Shown one piece after another: positions 1 to 10,371 of a stretch of DNA of 64,000 bases. The DNA is from Escherichia coli (GTDB lineage: Bacteria; Pseudomonadota; Gammaproteobacteria; Enterobacterales; Enterobacteriaceae), in the NCBI RefSeq assembly GCF_024700885.2, contig NZ_CP117016.1; one strand, given 5' to 3'. The translations under genes and the position numbers were made by a program. Position 1 is the first letter of the stretch, and each line of letters begins with the position of its first letter. A model generated the notes under the pieces. The model saw only the letters and a program-made list of their open reading frames with translations. It was not told where the DNA came from and made no database searches.

Positions 1-1
1 T

Positions 2-376
2 CATGACGGGCATCAGCACGAAAAGGGAGGTGGCGCTCAGCTCAAGGAACAATACGCCGACGCTGGGTTCGACATGTTGCCAGATCATGCAACATGGCCT
101 GATGGAGGTAATGCGGTCGAACCCGGGATAGCAGAGATACGCGACATGATGCTCGACGGTCGTTTCAAGGTATTTAACACCTGCGAGCCATTCTTTGAAG
201 AGTTTCGCCTGTATCACCGCGATGAGAACGGGAAGATCGTCAAGCTAAACGACGACATCCTTTCTGCTGTTCGCTATGGCTACATGATGAGGCGTTTTGC
301 AATACAGATGCGAGACATCAAAGATCCTAAAGAGATTGATTACTCAAGCTACAACATACCTTGCGGAGTTGGATGA
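2..376 (+). CDS. Terminase large subunit, C-terminal part (gene starts upstream of window)
   Basis: Open frame runs from window edge to TGA at 374-376 and overlaps the portal start; position immediately upstream of portal. Confidence 0.7.
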   Translation, partial: HDGHQHEKGGGAQLKEQYADAGFDMLPDHATWPDGGNAVEPGIAEIRDMMLDGRFKVFNTCEPFFEEFRLYHRDENGKIVKLNDDILSAVRYGYMMRRFAIQMRDIKDPKEIDYSSYNIPCGVG

Positions 377-2577
377 TGGCTGATGATAGAAAGATGACTG
401 ACTGGCATCGCAAGGTGCTGTGCAACTTTGATAATGCCTGGTCAGCAACGCAGGATATGCGAGAGCAGATTATTGAGGCTCAACGTTTCGTCCGGGTGTC
501 CGGCGCACAGTGGGAAGGCAGCACAAACGCTGGTTACTCATTTGATGAAGGCAGGTTTGAGCATTACCCGCGTTTTGAACTGAATAAGATTGCCCGTGAA
601 TGTGATCGCATCATTGGCGAGTATCGACAGAATCGCATCAGCGTTAAATTCAGGCCGAAGGACGATAAGGCATCGGAAGCGTTAGCCGAAAAGATGAACG
701 GCAAATTCCGCGCTGACTATCAGGAAACATCCGGTGGCGAAGCGTGTGATAACGCATTTGATGATGCTGTAACGGGCGGATTCGGTTGTTTCCGCATGTG
801 TGCAGATTACGAAGATGAAATGGATCCGAGTAACGAGCAGCGACGCATCAGCCTTCTTCCTGTTTACGACCCAGCGACATGCGTTTTCTTCGATCAGGAC
901 AGCAAGCAATATGACCGCTCTGATGCTATGTGGGCTATGGAAATGTTCTCCATGACGCCTAAAGCGTTCGAGGCTGAATACCCTGATTCCATCGCGGCAA
1001 GCCTTCCTCGTGATGACACTGGTACTCAGTATGACTGGTCAACGCCCGATGCCATCTATGTTGGACGCTACTACGAAGTTCGCATAGAGAAGGTGAAGCT
1101 CACGGCGTGGCGCAATCCTGTCAGCGGAGAAACGGCAATCTATGATGAAGAGCAAATCAAAGATATTGTCGACGAGCTGACCGATGGTGCATTCGAACTG
1201 ATTGGCGAGCGAACGGTGAAGAAGCGCCGCGTTTATTGCGGTCTTCTGTCTGGCGCTGAATGGCTGGAAGAACCGAAGCGTATTCCGGGCGAACATATTC
1301 CTCTCATCCCGGTATATGGGCGTCGCTCATTTGTTGATAATCAGGAGCGAATAGAAGGCCACGCAGCAAAAGCGATGGATGCACAGCGTCTTGAGAACCT
1401 GATGGTTTCCATGATTGCAGATAACGCTACTCAGGCTGGCGGTGATGGCATTCCTATCGTGGATGTTGATTTCATTCCCGGTCCATTAATGAATCACTGG
1501 GCAGAGAGGAATAAGAAAAGACCTGCAGTTCTTCCCATGACCAGCAAGAAGGACAAAAACGGAACGGTCATTTCAGAGGCTCAGGTTGCTGGCTGGACAC
1601 CTCCGACACAAATGCCTCCTGCTCTTGCCGGGCTATTGCAGTACACCGGAACGGCTATTCAGCAAATTACAGGTGCGTCGCAGCTTGAGAACATGCCGAG
1701 CAACGTCGCTACCGATACCGTTGATAGCATCTTTAACCGGATGGACACGCAGTCCTATATCTACATGGACAACATGGCTAAATCCATGCGCCGTGCTGGC
1801 GTCGTGTGGCTTTCTATGGCTCGTGAAGTCTATGGCAGCGATACGCCAATGCGCATCGTTAATGAGGATGGAAGCGATGACGTGGCGCTGATGACTGGTG
1901 AAGTGGTTGACCGTCAGACAGGGCAGGTTATCGCGCTTAACGACCTTTCGCAGGGTAACTATGAAGTGACTGTCGATGTCGGTCAGTCGTTCGCTACTCG
2001 CCGTGATGCAACGGTTAAGTCGTTACTTTCCATGCTGGCACTTATCCCGCCAGGAACGCCGAAGCATGACCTTGTATCGTCGATGATTCTCGACAATATG
2101 GACGGCGAAGGGATGGACGACCTGAAAGAATACAACCGCAATCAGTTGCTTCTGTCTGGCGTTATCAAGCCGAGAACGCCTGAAGAACAGCAAATGGTTG
2201 AGCAGGCGAAACAACAACAGGCCAGTCAGCCAGATCCGGCTATGGTTGCTGCGCAAGGTCAGCTTCTTGCTGGTCAGGCTGAATTGCAGAAAGCGCAGAA
2301 CGAACAAGCAGCCATTCAGGTTAAAGCATTCCAGGCACAGACGGATGCTCAGGTTGCTGCGGCAAATGTTGTGAAAATCCTCGCATCTGCCGATAGCCAG
2401 CAAAAATCTGATATCCGTGAGGCGCTGAAACTGCTCGGACAGTTCCAGCAACAGCAAGGAGATAATGCCCGTGCTGATGCAGAGCTTGTCCTGAAAAGTC
2501 AGGCACAGGGCCATGCGCAGCGCATGGACATCAGCAGCATCCTGCAAAAATCAACTCAGCAACAACCACAGCAGTAA
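376..2577 (+). CDS. Portal protein (P22 gp1-like)
   Basis: About 733 aa; C-terminal Q/A-rich helical barrel region resembles the P22 portal as recalled; ATG at 373 or 376 overlaps the terminase stop. Confidence 0.85.
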   Translation: MADDRKMTDWHRKVLCNFDNAWSATQDMREQIIEAQRFVRVSGAQWEGSTNAGYSFDEGRFEHYPRFELNKIARECDRIIGEYRQNRISVKFRPKDDKASEALAEKMNGKFRADYQETSGGEACDNAFDDAVTGGFGCFRMCADYEDEMDPSNEQRRISLLPVYDPATCVFFDQDSKQYDRSDAMWAMEMFSMTPKAFEAEYPDSIAASLPRDDTGTQYDWSTPDAIYVGRYYEVRIEKVKLTAWRNPVSGETAIYDEEQIKDIVDELTDGAFELIGERTVKKRRVYCGLLSGAEWLEEPKRIPGEHIPLIPVYGRRSFVDNQERIEGHAAKAMDAQRLENLMVSMIADNATQAGGDGIPIVDVDFIPGPLMNHWAERNKKRPAVLPMTSKKDKNGTVISEAQVAGWTPPTQMPPALAGLLQYTGTAIQQITGASQLENMPSNVATDTVDSIFNRMDTQSYIYMDNMAKSMRRAGVVWLSMAREVYGSDTPMRIVNEDGSDDVALMTGEVVDRQTGQVIALNDLSQGNYEVTVDVGQSFATRRDATVKSLLSMLALIPPGTPKHDLVSSMILDNMDGEGMDDLKEYNRNQLLLSGVIKPRTPEEQQMVEQAKQQQASQPDPAMVAAQGQLLAGQAELQKAQNEQAAIQVKAFQAQTDAQVAAANVVKILASADSQQKSDIREALKLLGQFQQQQGDNARADAELVLKSQAQGHAQRMDISSILQKSTQQQPQQ

Positions 2578-2667
2578 TTAACCCATAACGTGCAATGGCT
2601 GTCTTTATGAGGCCTGGCACCCTATTGCCTTCCGATGGGCTGAACATCGAGTAAACAGGGGTAACAA

Positions 2668-3561
2668 ATGGACCAGATGGCAGAAAACAAACCAGAAGTT
2701 GAAATCGAAACCGACGCGTCAGAGCAGATTCCTGATGATGTCGAACTGGCTGAAGAAGTCGAAACAGAAGATGGCAGTGAGTCCTCTGGCAATTATGCAG
2801 AGGAAGCTACTGAAACTGATGACGACGAATCAGAACAGGAATTCTACTTTGGTGACGAAAAGCTGGATTCGCCAACCAGCGAAGATAGCGCAGAGCATGG
2901 ACTGGTAAAACACCTGCGCAAGACGATTAAAGAGAAAGACCGTGAGCTGAAAGAGCTGATGCGTCAGTCTCAGAAACCCGTCGAGCAGCAGCCGGTAATC
3001 ACTCAACCACCGCGAATGCCAAAACTGGATGATGAGGACATCGGTTTCGATGAAGAAATCTATCAGCAACGCATGGCTAAGTGGGCAGAGGATAACGGAA
3101 AGTACCAGCAACAGGAGATGGCTCGCAAGCAGAAGGAGCAGGAGCTTCAGGCTGCCTATCAAGAGCGATTATCCAAATATCAGCAACGTGTTAAGGCTCT
3201 CAAGGTTCCTGGCTATCAGGAAGCAGAACAGGCCGTACTCGAGGAAATCCCCATCGAGACACAAAACGCGATCCTGTTTGAGTCAGAGAAGCCGGAAATC
3301 GTTGTTCTGGCGCTTGGTCGCAACGCTGAACTGCGCAAGCAACTGGCAGAAGCTACCAACCCCGTAGCAATTGGTCGTCTGCTGGAACGTATCGAATCTA
3401 AGGCCAGAATCATGCCAAAAGCAAAAACCACGGCAGCCACAACCCCGACAGTTAAGGGGAGCAACGGCGCAGTAATCAATAACCTCGACAAACTGAAAGC
3501 CAAGGCGCTGGAAACTGGTGACTGGACGCCGTATTTCGCCGCTAAAAAGGCAAAAAAATAA
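2668..3561 (+). CDS. Scaffolding protein (P22 gp8-like)
   Basis: 297 aa, acidic N-terminus, charged helical body, basic C-terminus; located between portal and coat. Confidence 0.75.
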   Translation: MDQMAENKPEVEIETDASEQIPDDVELAEEVETEDGSESSGNYAEEATETDDDESEQEFYFGDEKLDSPTSEDSAEHGLVKHLRKTIKEKDRELKELMRQSQKPVEQQPVITQPPRMPKLDDEDIGFDEEIYQQRMAKWAEDNGKYQQQEMARKQKEQELQAAYQERLSKYQQRVKALKVPGYQEAEQAVLEEIPIETQNAILFESEKPEIVVLALGRNAELRKQLAEATNPVAIGRLLERIESKARIMPKAKTTAATTPTVKGSNGAVINNLDKLKAKALETGDWTPYFAAKKAKK

Positions 3562-3579
3562 CCTATCGGAGCATTAAGC

Positions 3580-4833
3580 ATGGCTAACCAATTAGCAAAA
3601 GACCTTGAAATCATGTTCGAAAACTACGTTGAAGGCTTTGAGGCCGCCTGCGTAGTTTCCCGTAACGCTAAAAAATTCCGTCCCGGTGATACAGCAATGC
3701 AGCGAGCAGGTGATGTTCTGTATCGTCCGCAGCATTACCACATGAACATTGAGGAAGGCCTCGATCTCAGCAGCAAAACGCCAACAGCACTGGTTCAGCG
3801 CCTTGTTCCTTCTGTGTTCAAGGAGCCGAAAAACATTCTGTACACTCTGGATGCGCGTGAAATGCGTGACCCGGAACATAAAACTGAAGCTGGTCGCGCC
3901 GCAGGTATGCGCCTTGCTGCACAGATTGACTCTGACCTGATTTCCATGGTTACGCAGCGTGCTACTAACGTGATCACCATGTCTGACTCAACCACAGGTT
4001 CACAGGGCCGTGATTTGTGGAACTGTGCGGCAGGTATTGATGCCACCATGACGGCGATTGGTGTACCTCAGGGTATCAACCGTCGCTCTTTCTGGAACCC
4101 CTTCAACTACAAAGACCTTGCTGGCGAGCTTGGTCACCGAGCCTACGCTCAGGGCGCAACCCTGACAGCATACGAAAAAGCGCAGATCCCTCCGGTTGCT
4201 TCCTTTGATAGCTACAAGACCGATATTTCTGGTCGATTACCGAAAGGAAGCACTGAATCCTTGACAGTATCAGGCCAACCTGAACACAAGGTTGAAGCGA
4301 AAGATTCAAATGGTATGCCAGTTGATAACCGACAGGGGACTATTACGGTATCTGCATCTGGCTTGCAGGTTGGTGATGCGTTCACCATTGCCGGTGTGAA
4401 TTCCGTACACCAGATCACAAAAGATACCACCGGTCAACCGCAGGTATTCCGTGTTCTGGCTGTTAGCGGAACTACCGTAACAATTTCTCCAAAGATTCTC
4501 CCTGTTGAAAATACTGATGTTGCGAGTCGTCCATATGCAAACGTCGATGCCAAACCGGCAGAATCAGCAGCAATCACCATTCTCAACAAGAACGCAGCAC
4601 CTGCTAACCTGTTCTGGGCTGATGGTTCTGTTGAGCTGATGTACGGCAAACTGGCGTTCCCGACTGGTCAGGGTCCACAGGTAATGACAGCAACCACCGA
4701 GCAGGGCGCTACGCTGATCATGTCTTACGCCTTCGACCACATCAAAGGCGTAACCACTGCTCGTTTCACCACTCTGTACGGTTGCTCTGTACTTGTTCCT
4801 GAATATACGGGCATCGTTATTGCCGGGCAGTAA
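3580..4833 (+). CDS. Major capsid (coat) protein (P22 gp5-like)
   Basis: 417 aa, SD-ATG start, synteny after scaffold; local resemblance to P22 coat as recalled (NLFWADGS segment). Confidence 0.8.
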   Translation: MANQLAKDLEIMFENYVEGFEAACVVSRNAKKFRPGDTAMQRAGDVLYRPQHYHMNIEEGLDLSSKTPTALVQRLVPSVFKEPKNILYTLDAREMRDPEHKTEAGRAAGMRLAAQIDSDLISMVTQRATNVITMSDSTTGSQGRDLWNCAAGIDATMTAIGVPQGINRRSFWNPFNYKDLAGELGHRAYAQGATLTAYEKAQIPPVASFDSYKTDISGRLPKGSTESLTVSGQPEHKVEAKDSNGMPVDNRQGTITVSASGLQVGDAFTIAGVNSVHQITKDTTGQPQVFRVLAVSGTTVTISPKILPVENTDVASRPYANVDAKPAESAAITILNKNAAPANLFWADGSVELMYGKLAFPTGQGPQVMTATTEQGATLIMSYAFDHIKGVTTARFTTLYGCSVLVPEYTGIVIAGQ

Positions 4834-4874
4834 TTTTGGTGGGGCTTCGGCCCCATTTTTATTGGGAGAAGACA

Positions 4875-5063
4875 ATGGCACGAACAATGCTCTATAAGCC
4901 TGGCAACATGATCACCTGCGGTCAGTTTGCTGTCGATTACATCATTGTTGATGACGAAGAAGTTAAATCTCACCTGAAAAAAGGTTGGGTAAAAACTCCT
5001 GAAGAAACCGCAACGAAGCAAAAAGTGGCTAAGGCGGAAGAAGATGGCGAAAACGAAGGGTGA
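4875..5063 (+). CDS. Small hypothetical protein between coat and gp4
   Basis: 62 codons from ATG at 4875 preceded by GGAG; acidic C-terminus; overlaps gp4 start. Confidence 0.4.
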   Translation: MARTMLYKPGNMITCGQFAVDYIIVDDEEVKSHLKKGWVKTPEETATKQKVAKAEEDGENEG

Positions 5064-5505
5064 TCTCGTTCTAAAGGCTTTACGAAAAGCCGGGCTGTAT
5101 TCCAATGCCACGTTGACAGATGCTGACCCTCAGGCAATTGAAGATGCCATTAATGACCTCGAAGACATGATGGCAGCATGGCAGGCTAAAGGTATCGAGC
5201 TTGGGTATCAGTTTGCTGATACAGAAAACGGCATCATGCCGTTACCGGACGATGATTCAGGTATCCCTGCATGGGCAAATGATGGCGTCGCTTTGAAACT
5301 CGCTGTGCAAGTGTGCATGGATAACGTCATTCAGCCGTCAGACGCTCTCCTTACCGCTGCTGACAGTGCATATCAGACAATCTGTATCGCTTTAACCAAA
5401 ATACCACCACTTGAGCGGCGAAATGACATGCCTCGCGGTAGTGGTAACAAAAGCGCGTTTACGTGGAATCGGTTTTACATCGAGAAAGATGATCCGAGTA
5501 CGTGA
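5044..5505 (+). CDS. Head completion / tail adaptor protein (P22 gp4-like)
   Basis: 153 aa; N-terminus (KTKGDLV..ALRK..ATLTD) resembles P22 gp4 as recalled; synteny. Confidence 0.8.
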   Translation: MAKTKGDLVLKALRKAGLYSNATLTDADPQAIEDAINDLEDMMAAWQAKGIELGYQFADTENGIMPLPDDDSGIPAWANDGVALKLAVQVCMDNVIQPSDALLTAADSAYQTICIALTKIPPLERRNDMPRGSGNKSAFTWNRFYIEKDDPST

Positions 5506-5514
5506 GGTGAATAA

Positions 5515-6933
5515 ATGCCGATTCAGCAACTTCCGCTTATGAAAGGCGTCGGCAAAGACTTTCGAAACGCCGACTATATCGACTATCTGCCAGTGAATAT
5601 GCTGGCTACACCCAAAGAAATCCTGAACAGCAGCGGATATCTTCGCTCATTCCCGGGCATTGCCAAACGTTCTGATGTGAACGGTATATCGCGCGGCGTC
5701 GAGTACAACATGGCGCAGAATGCTGTCTATCGTGTGTGTGGCGGCAAGCTCTACAAAGGCGAAAGCGAGGTCGGTGACGTCGCCGGAAGTGGTCGTGTAT
5801 CAATGGCGCATGGTCGGACATCACAGGCGGTAGGGGTTAAAGGGAAACTGGTCGAGTATCGCTATGATGGCACGGTTAAAACCGTCTCAAACTGGCCTAC
5901 AGACAGCGGATTCACTCAGTATGAGTTAGGTTCAGTTCGCGACATTACGCGCTTGCGTGGGCGTTATGCGTGGTCAAAAGACGGCACTGATTCATGGTTT
6001 ATCACTGACCTTGAAGACGAATCGCATCCTGACCGTTACAGCGCACAATATCGCGCAGAATCGCAGCCGGACGGCATCATCGGCATCGGCACATGGCGAG
6101 ACTTCATCGTCTGCTTTGGTTCATCGACGATTGAATATTTCTCCCTGACTGGTGCAACCACCGTTGGTGCCGCTTTGTATGTCGCACAGCCATCGCTGAT
6201 GGTGCAGAAAGGTATTGCCGGGACTTACTGCAAAACGCCGTTTGCTGATTCGTATGCGTTCATCAGCAATCCGGCAACGGGTGCGCCGTCTGTATACATC
6301 ATCGGCTCCGGTCAGGTATCACCAATCGCCAGCGCGAGCATTGAGAAAATCCTCCGCTCCTACACTGCTGATGAACTGGCTGATGGCGTGATGGAATCAT
6401 TGCGGTTTGATGCTCATGAATTGCTGATTATCCACCTTCCGCGCCATGTTCTTGTTTACGACGCATCTTCAAGCGCCAATGGTCCGCAATGGTGTGTGCT
6501 GAAAACAGGCTTATATGACGATGTGTACCGCGCTATCGACTTCATTTACGAAGGCAATCAGATAACGTGCGGCGATAAGCTGGAATCTGTTACCGGGAAA
6601 TTGCAATTCGATATCAGCAGCCAGTACGACAAGCAACAGGAACATCTGCTGTTTACTCCGCTGTTCAAAGCGGATAACGCAAGAGTGTTCGACCTTGAGG
6701 TTGAATCTTCAACTGGTGTTGCGCAGTACGCCGACCGCCTGTTCCTTTCTGCAACCACTGACGGCATCAATTACGGACGTGAGCAGATGATTGAGCAGAA
6801 TGAACCTTTCGTTTACGACAAACGTGTTTTGTGGAAGCGAGTCGGGCGCATCAGGAAAAATGTCGGCTTCAAATTGCGCGTTATCACGAAGTCACCTGTC
6901 ACTCTGTCTGGCTGCCAGATAAGGATTGAGTAA
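5515..6933 (+). CDS. Tail hub protein (P22 gp10-like)
   Basis: 472 aa, same length as P22 gp10; synteny between gp4 and the needle. Confidence 0.8.
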   Translation: MPIQQLPLMKGVGKDFRNADYIDYLPVNMLATPKEILNSSGYLRSFPGIAKRSDVNGISRGVEYNMAQNAVYRVCGGKLYKGESEVGDVAGSGRVSMAHGRTSQAVGVKGKLVEYRYDGTVKTVSNWPTDSGFTQYELGSVRDITRLRGRYAWSKDGTDSWFITDLEDESHPDRYSAQYRAESQPDGIIGIGTWRDFIVCFGSSTIEYFSLTGATTVGAALYVAQPSLMVQKGIAGTYCKTPFADSYAFISNPATGAPSVYIIGSGQVSPIASASIEKILRSYTADELADGVMESLRFDAHELLIIHLPRHVLVYDASSSANGPQWCVLKTGLYDDVYRAIDFIYEGNQITCGDKLESVTGKLQFDISSQYDKQQEHLLFTPLFKADNARVFDLEVESSTGVAQYADRLFLSATTDGINYGREQMIEQNEPFVYDKRVLWKRVGRIRKNVGFKLRVITKSPVTLSGCQIRIE

Positions 6934-7886
6934 TGGCTGATTCGAATCTCAATGAGCCGGTAATCATTCAGGCTACACGACTCGACACATCAGTCCTTCC
7001 ACGCAATATCTTCTCGCAGTCATATCTGCTGTACATTATTGCACAGGGTACTGATGTTGGTAACGTGGCAAACAAGGCCAACGAAGCAGGGAAGGGGGCT
7101 TATGATGCACAGGTGAAGAATGATGAGCAGGATGTCACCCTTGCAAACCATGAATCCAGAATTGAAGCTGCTGAAGCAACTCTCATCAATCATGAACATA
7201 GAATCGCAGAAGCGGAAATCACTCTTGCAGATCATGAAACAAGGATTACGGCTGCCGAAACAGAGCTTGCTGATCACGAGACGCGAATTGCTACCAATGA
7301 ATCTGAGTTAGCAAACCATGATGCGCGAATAACTCAGAATACAACCGATATCGACGCACTTGATACCAGGCTCACAGCGGCAGAGGGAAGTATTTCGACG
7401 CTACAAAGCACAGTTGGTGATCACTCAACAAGAATATCTGCGCTTGAGTATGCCACCACGCGCAAGAAATCAGAGGTTGTTTACTCAGGAGTATCTGTAA
7501 CCATCCCGACAGCGCCGACCAACCTTGTTAGCCTGCTGAAAACGCTCACGCCGTCATCCGGCACATTGGCACCATTCTTCGACACTGTTAACAACAAGAT
7601 GGTTGTGTTCAACGAGAACAAAACCTTGTTCTTCAAGCTGTCGATCGTCGGGACGTGGCCCAGCGGAACCGCCAACAGGTCAATGCAGCTAACCTTTTCC
7701 GGCTCTGTTCCTGACACGTTGGTCAGCAGTCGTAATGCGGCGACAACAACCGACAACATCCTGTTAGCTACGTTCTTCAGCGTGGATAAAGACGGCTTTC
7801 TTGCCACAAATGGCAGCACGTTAACCATTCAGTCGAATGGTGCGGCGTTTACTGCCACAACCATCAAAATCATTGCGGAGCAGTGA
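6933..7886 (+). CDS. Tail needle (P22 gp26-like) with extended coiled coil and C-terminal knob
   Basis: N-terminal 65 aa nearly colinear with P22 gp26 as recalled; TAATG stop/start overlap with gp10. Confidence 0.85.
   Translation: MADSNLNEPVIIQATRLDTSVLPRNIFSQSYLLYIIAQGTDVGNVANKANEAGKGAYDAQVKNDEQDVTLANHESRIEAAEATLINHEHRIAEAEITLADHETRITAAETELADHETRIATNESELANHDARITQNTTDIDALDTRLTAAEGSISTLQSTVGDHSTRISALEYATTRKKSEVVYSGVSVTIPTAPTNLVSLLKTLTPSSGTLAPFFDTVNNKMVVFNENKTLFFKLSIVGTWPSGTANRSMQLTFSGSVPDTLVSSRNAATTTDNILLATFFSVDKDGFLATNGSTLTIQSNGAAFTATTIKIIAEQ
7140..7349 (+). repeat. Intragenic tandem repeat: five 14-codon units (HExRI-type heptad pairs) in the tail-needle coiled coil
   Basis: Peptide units [14 protein letters not shown] / [14 protein letters not shown] / [14 protein letters not shown] / [14 protein letters not shown] / [14 protein letters not shown] read directly from the translation. 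Confidence 0.8.
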
Positions 7887-8365
7887 TGGAAATAAAGCTC
7901 ATCGATAATCCGGTGAAGCTTGCAGAATTCCTCAACAATCCGGCAAACACGGGAAATATCGTAGACAGTGGAGATAAATACTACATCAAGCCTGATGCGG
8001 TATACCTCGGCATCTACGAAGGATTAGTGCTGGCTGGCGTTCATGAAGTGCGTAACTTCTGGCATAGCGTTGTTGAATGCCATGCGGTGTACGACCCCGG
8101 ATTCCGTGGTGAATATGCACTGCAAGGGCATCGATTATTCTGCAAATGGCTTCTCGAAAACTCACCATTCCTTAACAGCATCACTATGGTTCCTGACACC
8201 ACGAAATACGGACGGGCAATTATCCGTTTGCTTGGCGCTACCCGTGTTGGTCACCTTGATGATGCTTATACCAGCAATGGAAAGCCTGTAGGCATCACGA
8301 TTTATCAGTTACCGCGCTCAAAATACGAGGAGCTAAAGAATGTTAATTTTCCAGATTGCCAATAA
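7883..8365 (+). CDS. gp14-like virion assembly protein
   Basis: 160 aa, start overlaps needle stop; position matches P22 gene 14. Confidence 0.6.
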   Translation: MMEIKLIDNPVKLAEFLNNPANTGNIVDSGDKYYIKPDAVYLGIYEGLVLAGVHEVRNFWHSVVECHAVYDPGFRGEYALQGHRLFCKWLLENSPFLNSITMVPDTTKYGRAIIRLLGATRVGHLDDAYTSNGKPVGITIYQLPRSKYEELKNVNFPDCQ

Positions 8366-9017
8366 GCACCTCAGCAAAACTGTTTACTGCAAAGGTAGCA
8401 GTGATGGCGGTTCAAAAGCCCAGGCACGCGCAACTGAAAAGGGCATCGAATTGCAGCGCGAAATGTGGCAGACGAACATGCAAAACCTTGCACCGTTCAC
8501 GCCACTTGCTCAGCAGTATGTATCAGAGTTGCAGAATCTTTCCTCTCTTCAGGGGCAAGGTCAGGCTCTTAACCAGTATTACAACTCTCAGCAGTACAAA
8601 GACCTTGCAGGTCAGGCGCGCTATCAGAGTCTGGCAGCAGCAGAGGCAACGGGTGGATTAGGCTCTACAGCAACCGGAAACCAGCTGGCAGCAATCGCAC
8701 CTACACTCGGTCAAAACTGGCTATCTGGACAAATGAACAACTACCAGAATCTGGCAAATATTGGTCTTGGCGCGCTTCAGGGACAGGCAAACGCCGGGCA
8801 GACATATGCCAACAACATGAGCCAGATTTCACAGCAAAGCGCAGCACTGGCGGCGGCAAACGCTAACAGACCTTCCGGCCTTCAATCTGCAATAGGCGGG
8901 GCTGCCTCTGGAGCAATTGCTGGAGCACAGCTTGGCAGCATTGTTCCCGGTATTGGTACTGGTATTGGTGCCGCTGTTGGCGGCGGTCTTGGTCTTCTTG
9001 GTTCACTACTTTATTAA
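8340..9017 (+). CDS. Ejection (E) protein, gp7-like
   Basis: 225 aa, Gly/Ala-rich C-terminus; synteny. Confidence 0.65.
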   Translation: MLIFQIANKHLSKTVYCKGSSDGGSKAQARATEKGIELQREMWQTNMQNLAPFTPLAQQYVSELQNLSSLQGQGQALNQYYNSQQYKDLAGQARYQSLAAAEATGGLGSTATGNQLAAIAPTLGQNWLSGQMNNYQNLANIGLGALQGQANAGQTYANNMSQISQQSAALAAANANRPSGLQSAIGGAASGAIAGAQLGSIVPGIGTGIGAAVGGGLGLLGSLLY

Positions 9018-9027
9018 GGGGTAATCA

Positions 9028-10371
9028 ATGACTACGTGGCAACAGGGTATTAATTCTGGTGGTTTTCTGGCTGGCATTGGTGCGCAAAACGAGAATGCGC
9101 CAAAGGCAAGCGACATTAACGCAACGCTTGGTCTGATCCGCGAAAACAATGAACTGGCTCGCTCAGGTGCAAATAACGTTGGTCTGACCGCGTTACGTGG
9201 TCTGGCTGGAGTTGCTGATATTTATAAGCAGGAACAGCAACAGAAAGCGATTAGTGCGTTCAATAAGGTTCACGCTGATGCATGGGCTTCTGGTGATCCA
9301 TCGGGACTATTTAAGTTTGCCAAGGAAAATCCAGCGTTTGTTGCGCAGGCACAACAGGCGTTTTCCGGTCTTAATGAGCAGCAACGCAACGATATGGGCG
9401 ATTTAGCCATGAGAGCTAACGTCGCTCTTTCTCAGGGACCGGAAGCCTACAGTAAATTCATTACTGACAACAAGGACAGGTTAAATCGCGTTGGTGCTAA
9501 TGCTGACTGGATGATTCAGACAGGTATCCAGAATCCAGAGCAGCTATCACACATGCTGACTACTATGACGCTAGGGGCTGTTGGTCCGGATAAAATGCTG
9601 GATTATCAGGATAAGATGGTTGGTCGCCAACTAGAGAAAGGGCGATTGGATGAAAGCATCCGTCAGGCTGATATGGAGAATGCGAGAGGATGGGCAAATA
9701 TCCAGAACGCTCAACTAGACAGGGCTCAGCGGGCACAAATGCACTCAGATGAGATGGGATTGAAGCTAATGGAGCTGGGGCAAAAAGGTAAGCCGTCAGC
9801 AGACTTAATTAAGGGATTAAATTCTGATATTACCAATTTTGGCAAAAATTATAACTCTGTCAGAGCGGCGGCAAACTCTCTGCAAGCCCTTAGCAAGGTA
9901 AATACTGGCGCTGCCCAACTTGGGATTATCTTTAATTACATGAAGTCTCTCGACCCTCAGTCAGTTGTTCGCGAAGGTGAACAGGTTCAGGTCATGCGCT
10001 CTGATGGCATATGGGGGCAGATAAAAGGATATGTAGACCAGCTTAATGCAGGGAATGGCTTGTCACAGGAAGCGAGGGATAACATTGTTAACGCAGCCAA
10101 AATTAACGCCAACGCTATGGGGCAGCAGTTTAACCAGCAGGTAGACGAATATCTGGATACGTATGGAGATACTATTCCTCAAGGGCTGAAAAAAAGCTTA
10201 GGGAGAAGGAAGGCCAAGCTATTTGACGATGTCCCAGCGCAGCCTACACCACAAGGTGGTAATGGGCAGACAAAAGCTGCGCCAAGTGGGATATCAGAAG
10301 GCGCGACGGCAACGAACCCTAAAACTGGTCAGAAACTCATTTATAGGAACGGACAATGGCAACCGATGTAG
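9028..10371 (+). CDS. Ejection protein, gp20-like
   Basis: 447 aa; synteny between gp7 and gp16. Confidence 0.65.
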   Translation: MTTWQQGINSGGFLAGIGAQNENAPKASDINATLGLIRENNELARSGANNVGLTALRGLAGVADIYKQEQQQKAISAFNKVHADAWASGDPSGLFKFAKENPAFVAQAQQAFSGLNEQQRNDMGDLAMRANVALSQGPEAYSKFITDNKDRLNRVGANADWMIQTGIQNPEQLSHMLTTMTLGAVGPDKMLDYQDKMVGRQLEKGRLDESIRQADMENARGWANIQNAQLDRAQRAQMHSDEMGLKLMELGQKGKPSADLIKGLNSDITNFGKNYNSVRAAANSLQALSKVNTGAAQLGIIFNYMKSLDPQSVVREGEQVQVMRSDGIWGQIKGYVDQLNAGNGLSQEARDNIVNAAKINANAMGQQFNQQVDEYLDTYGDTIPQGLKKSLGRRKAKLFDDVPAQPTPQGGNGQTKAAPSGISEGATATNPKTGQKLIYRNGQWQPM

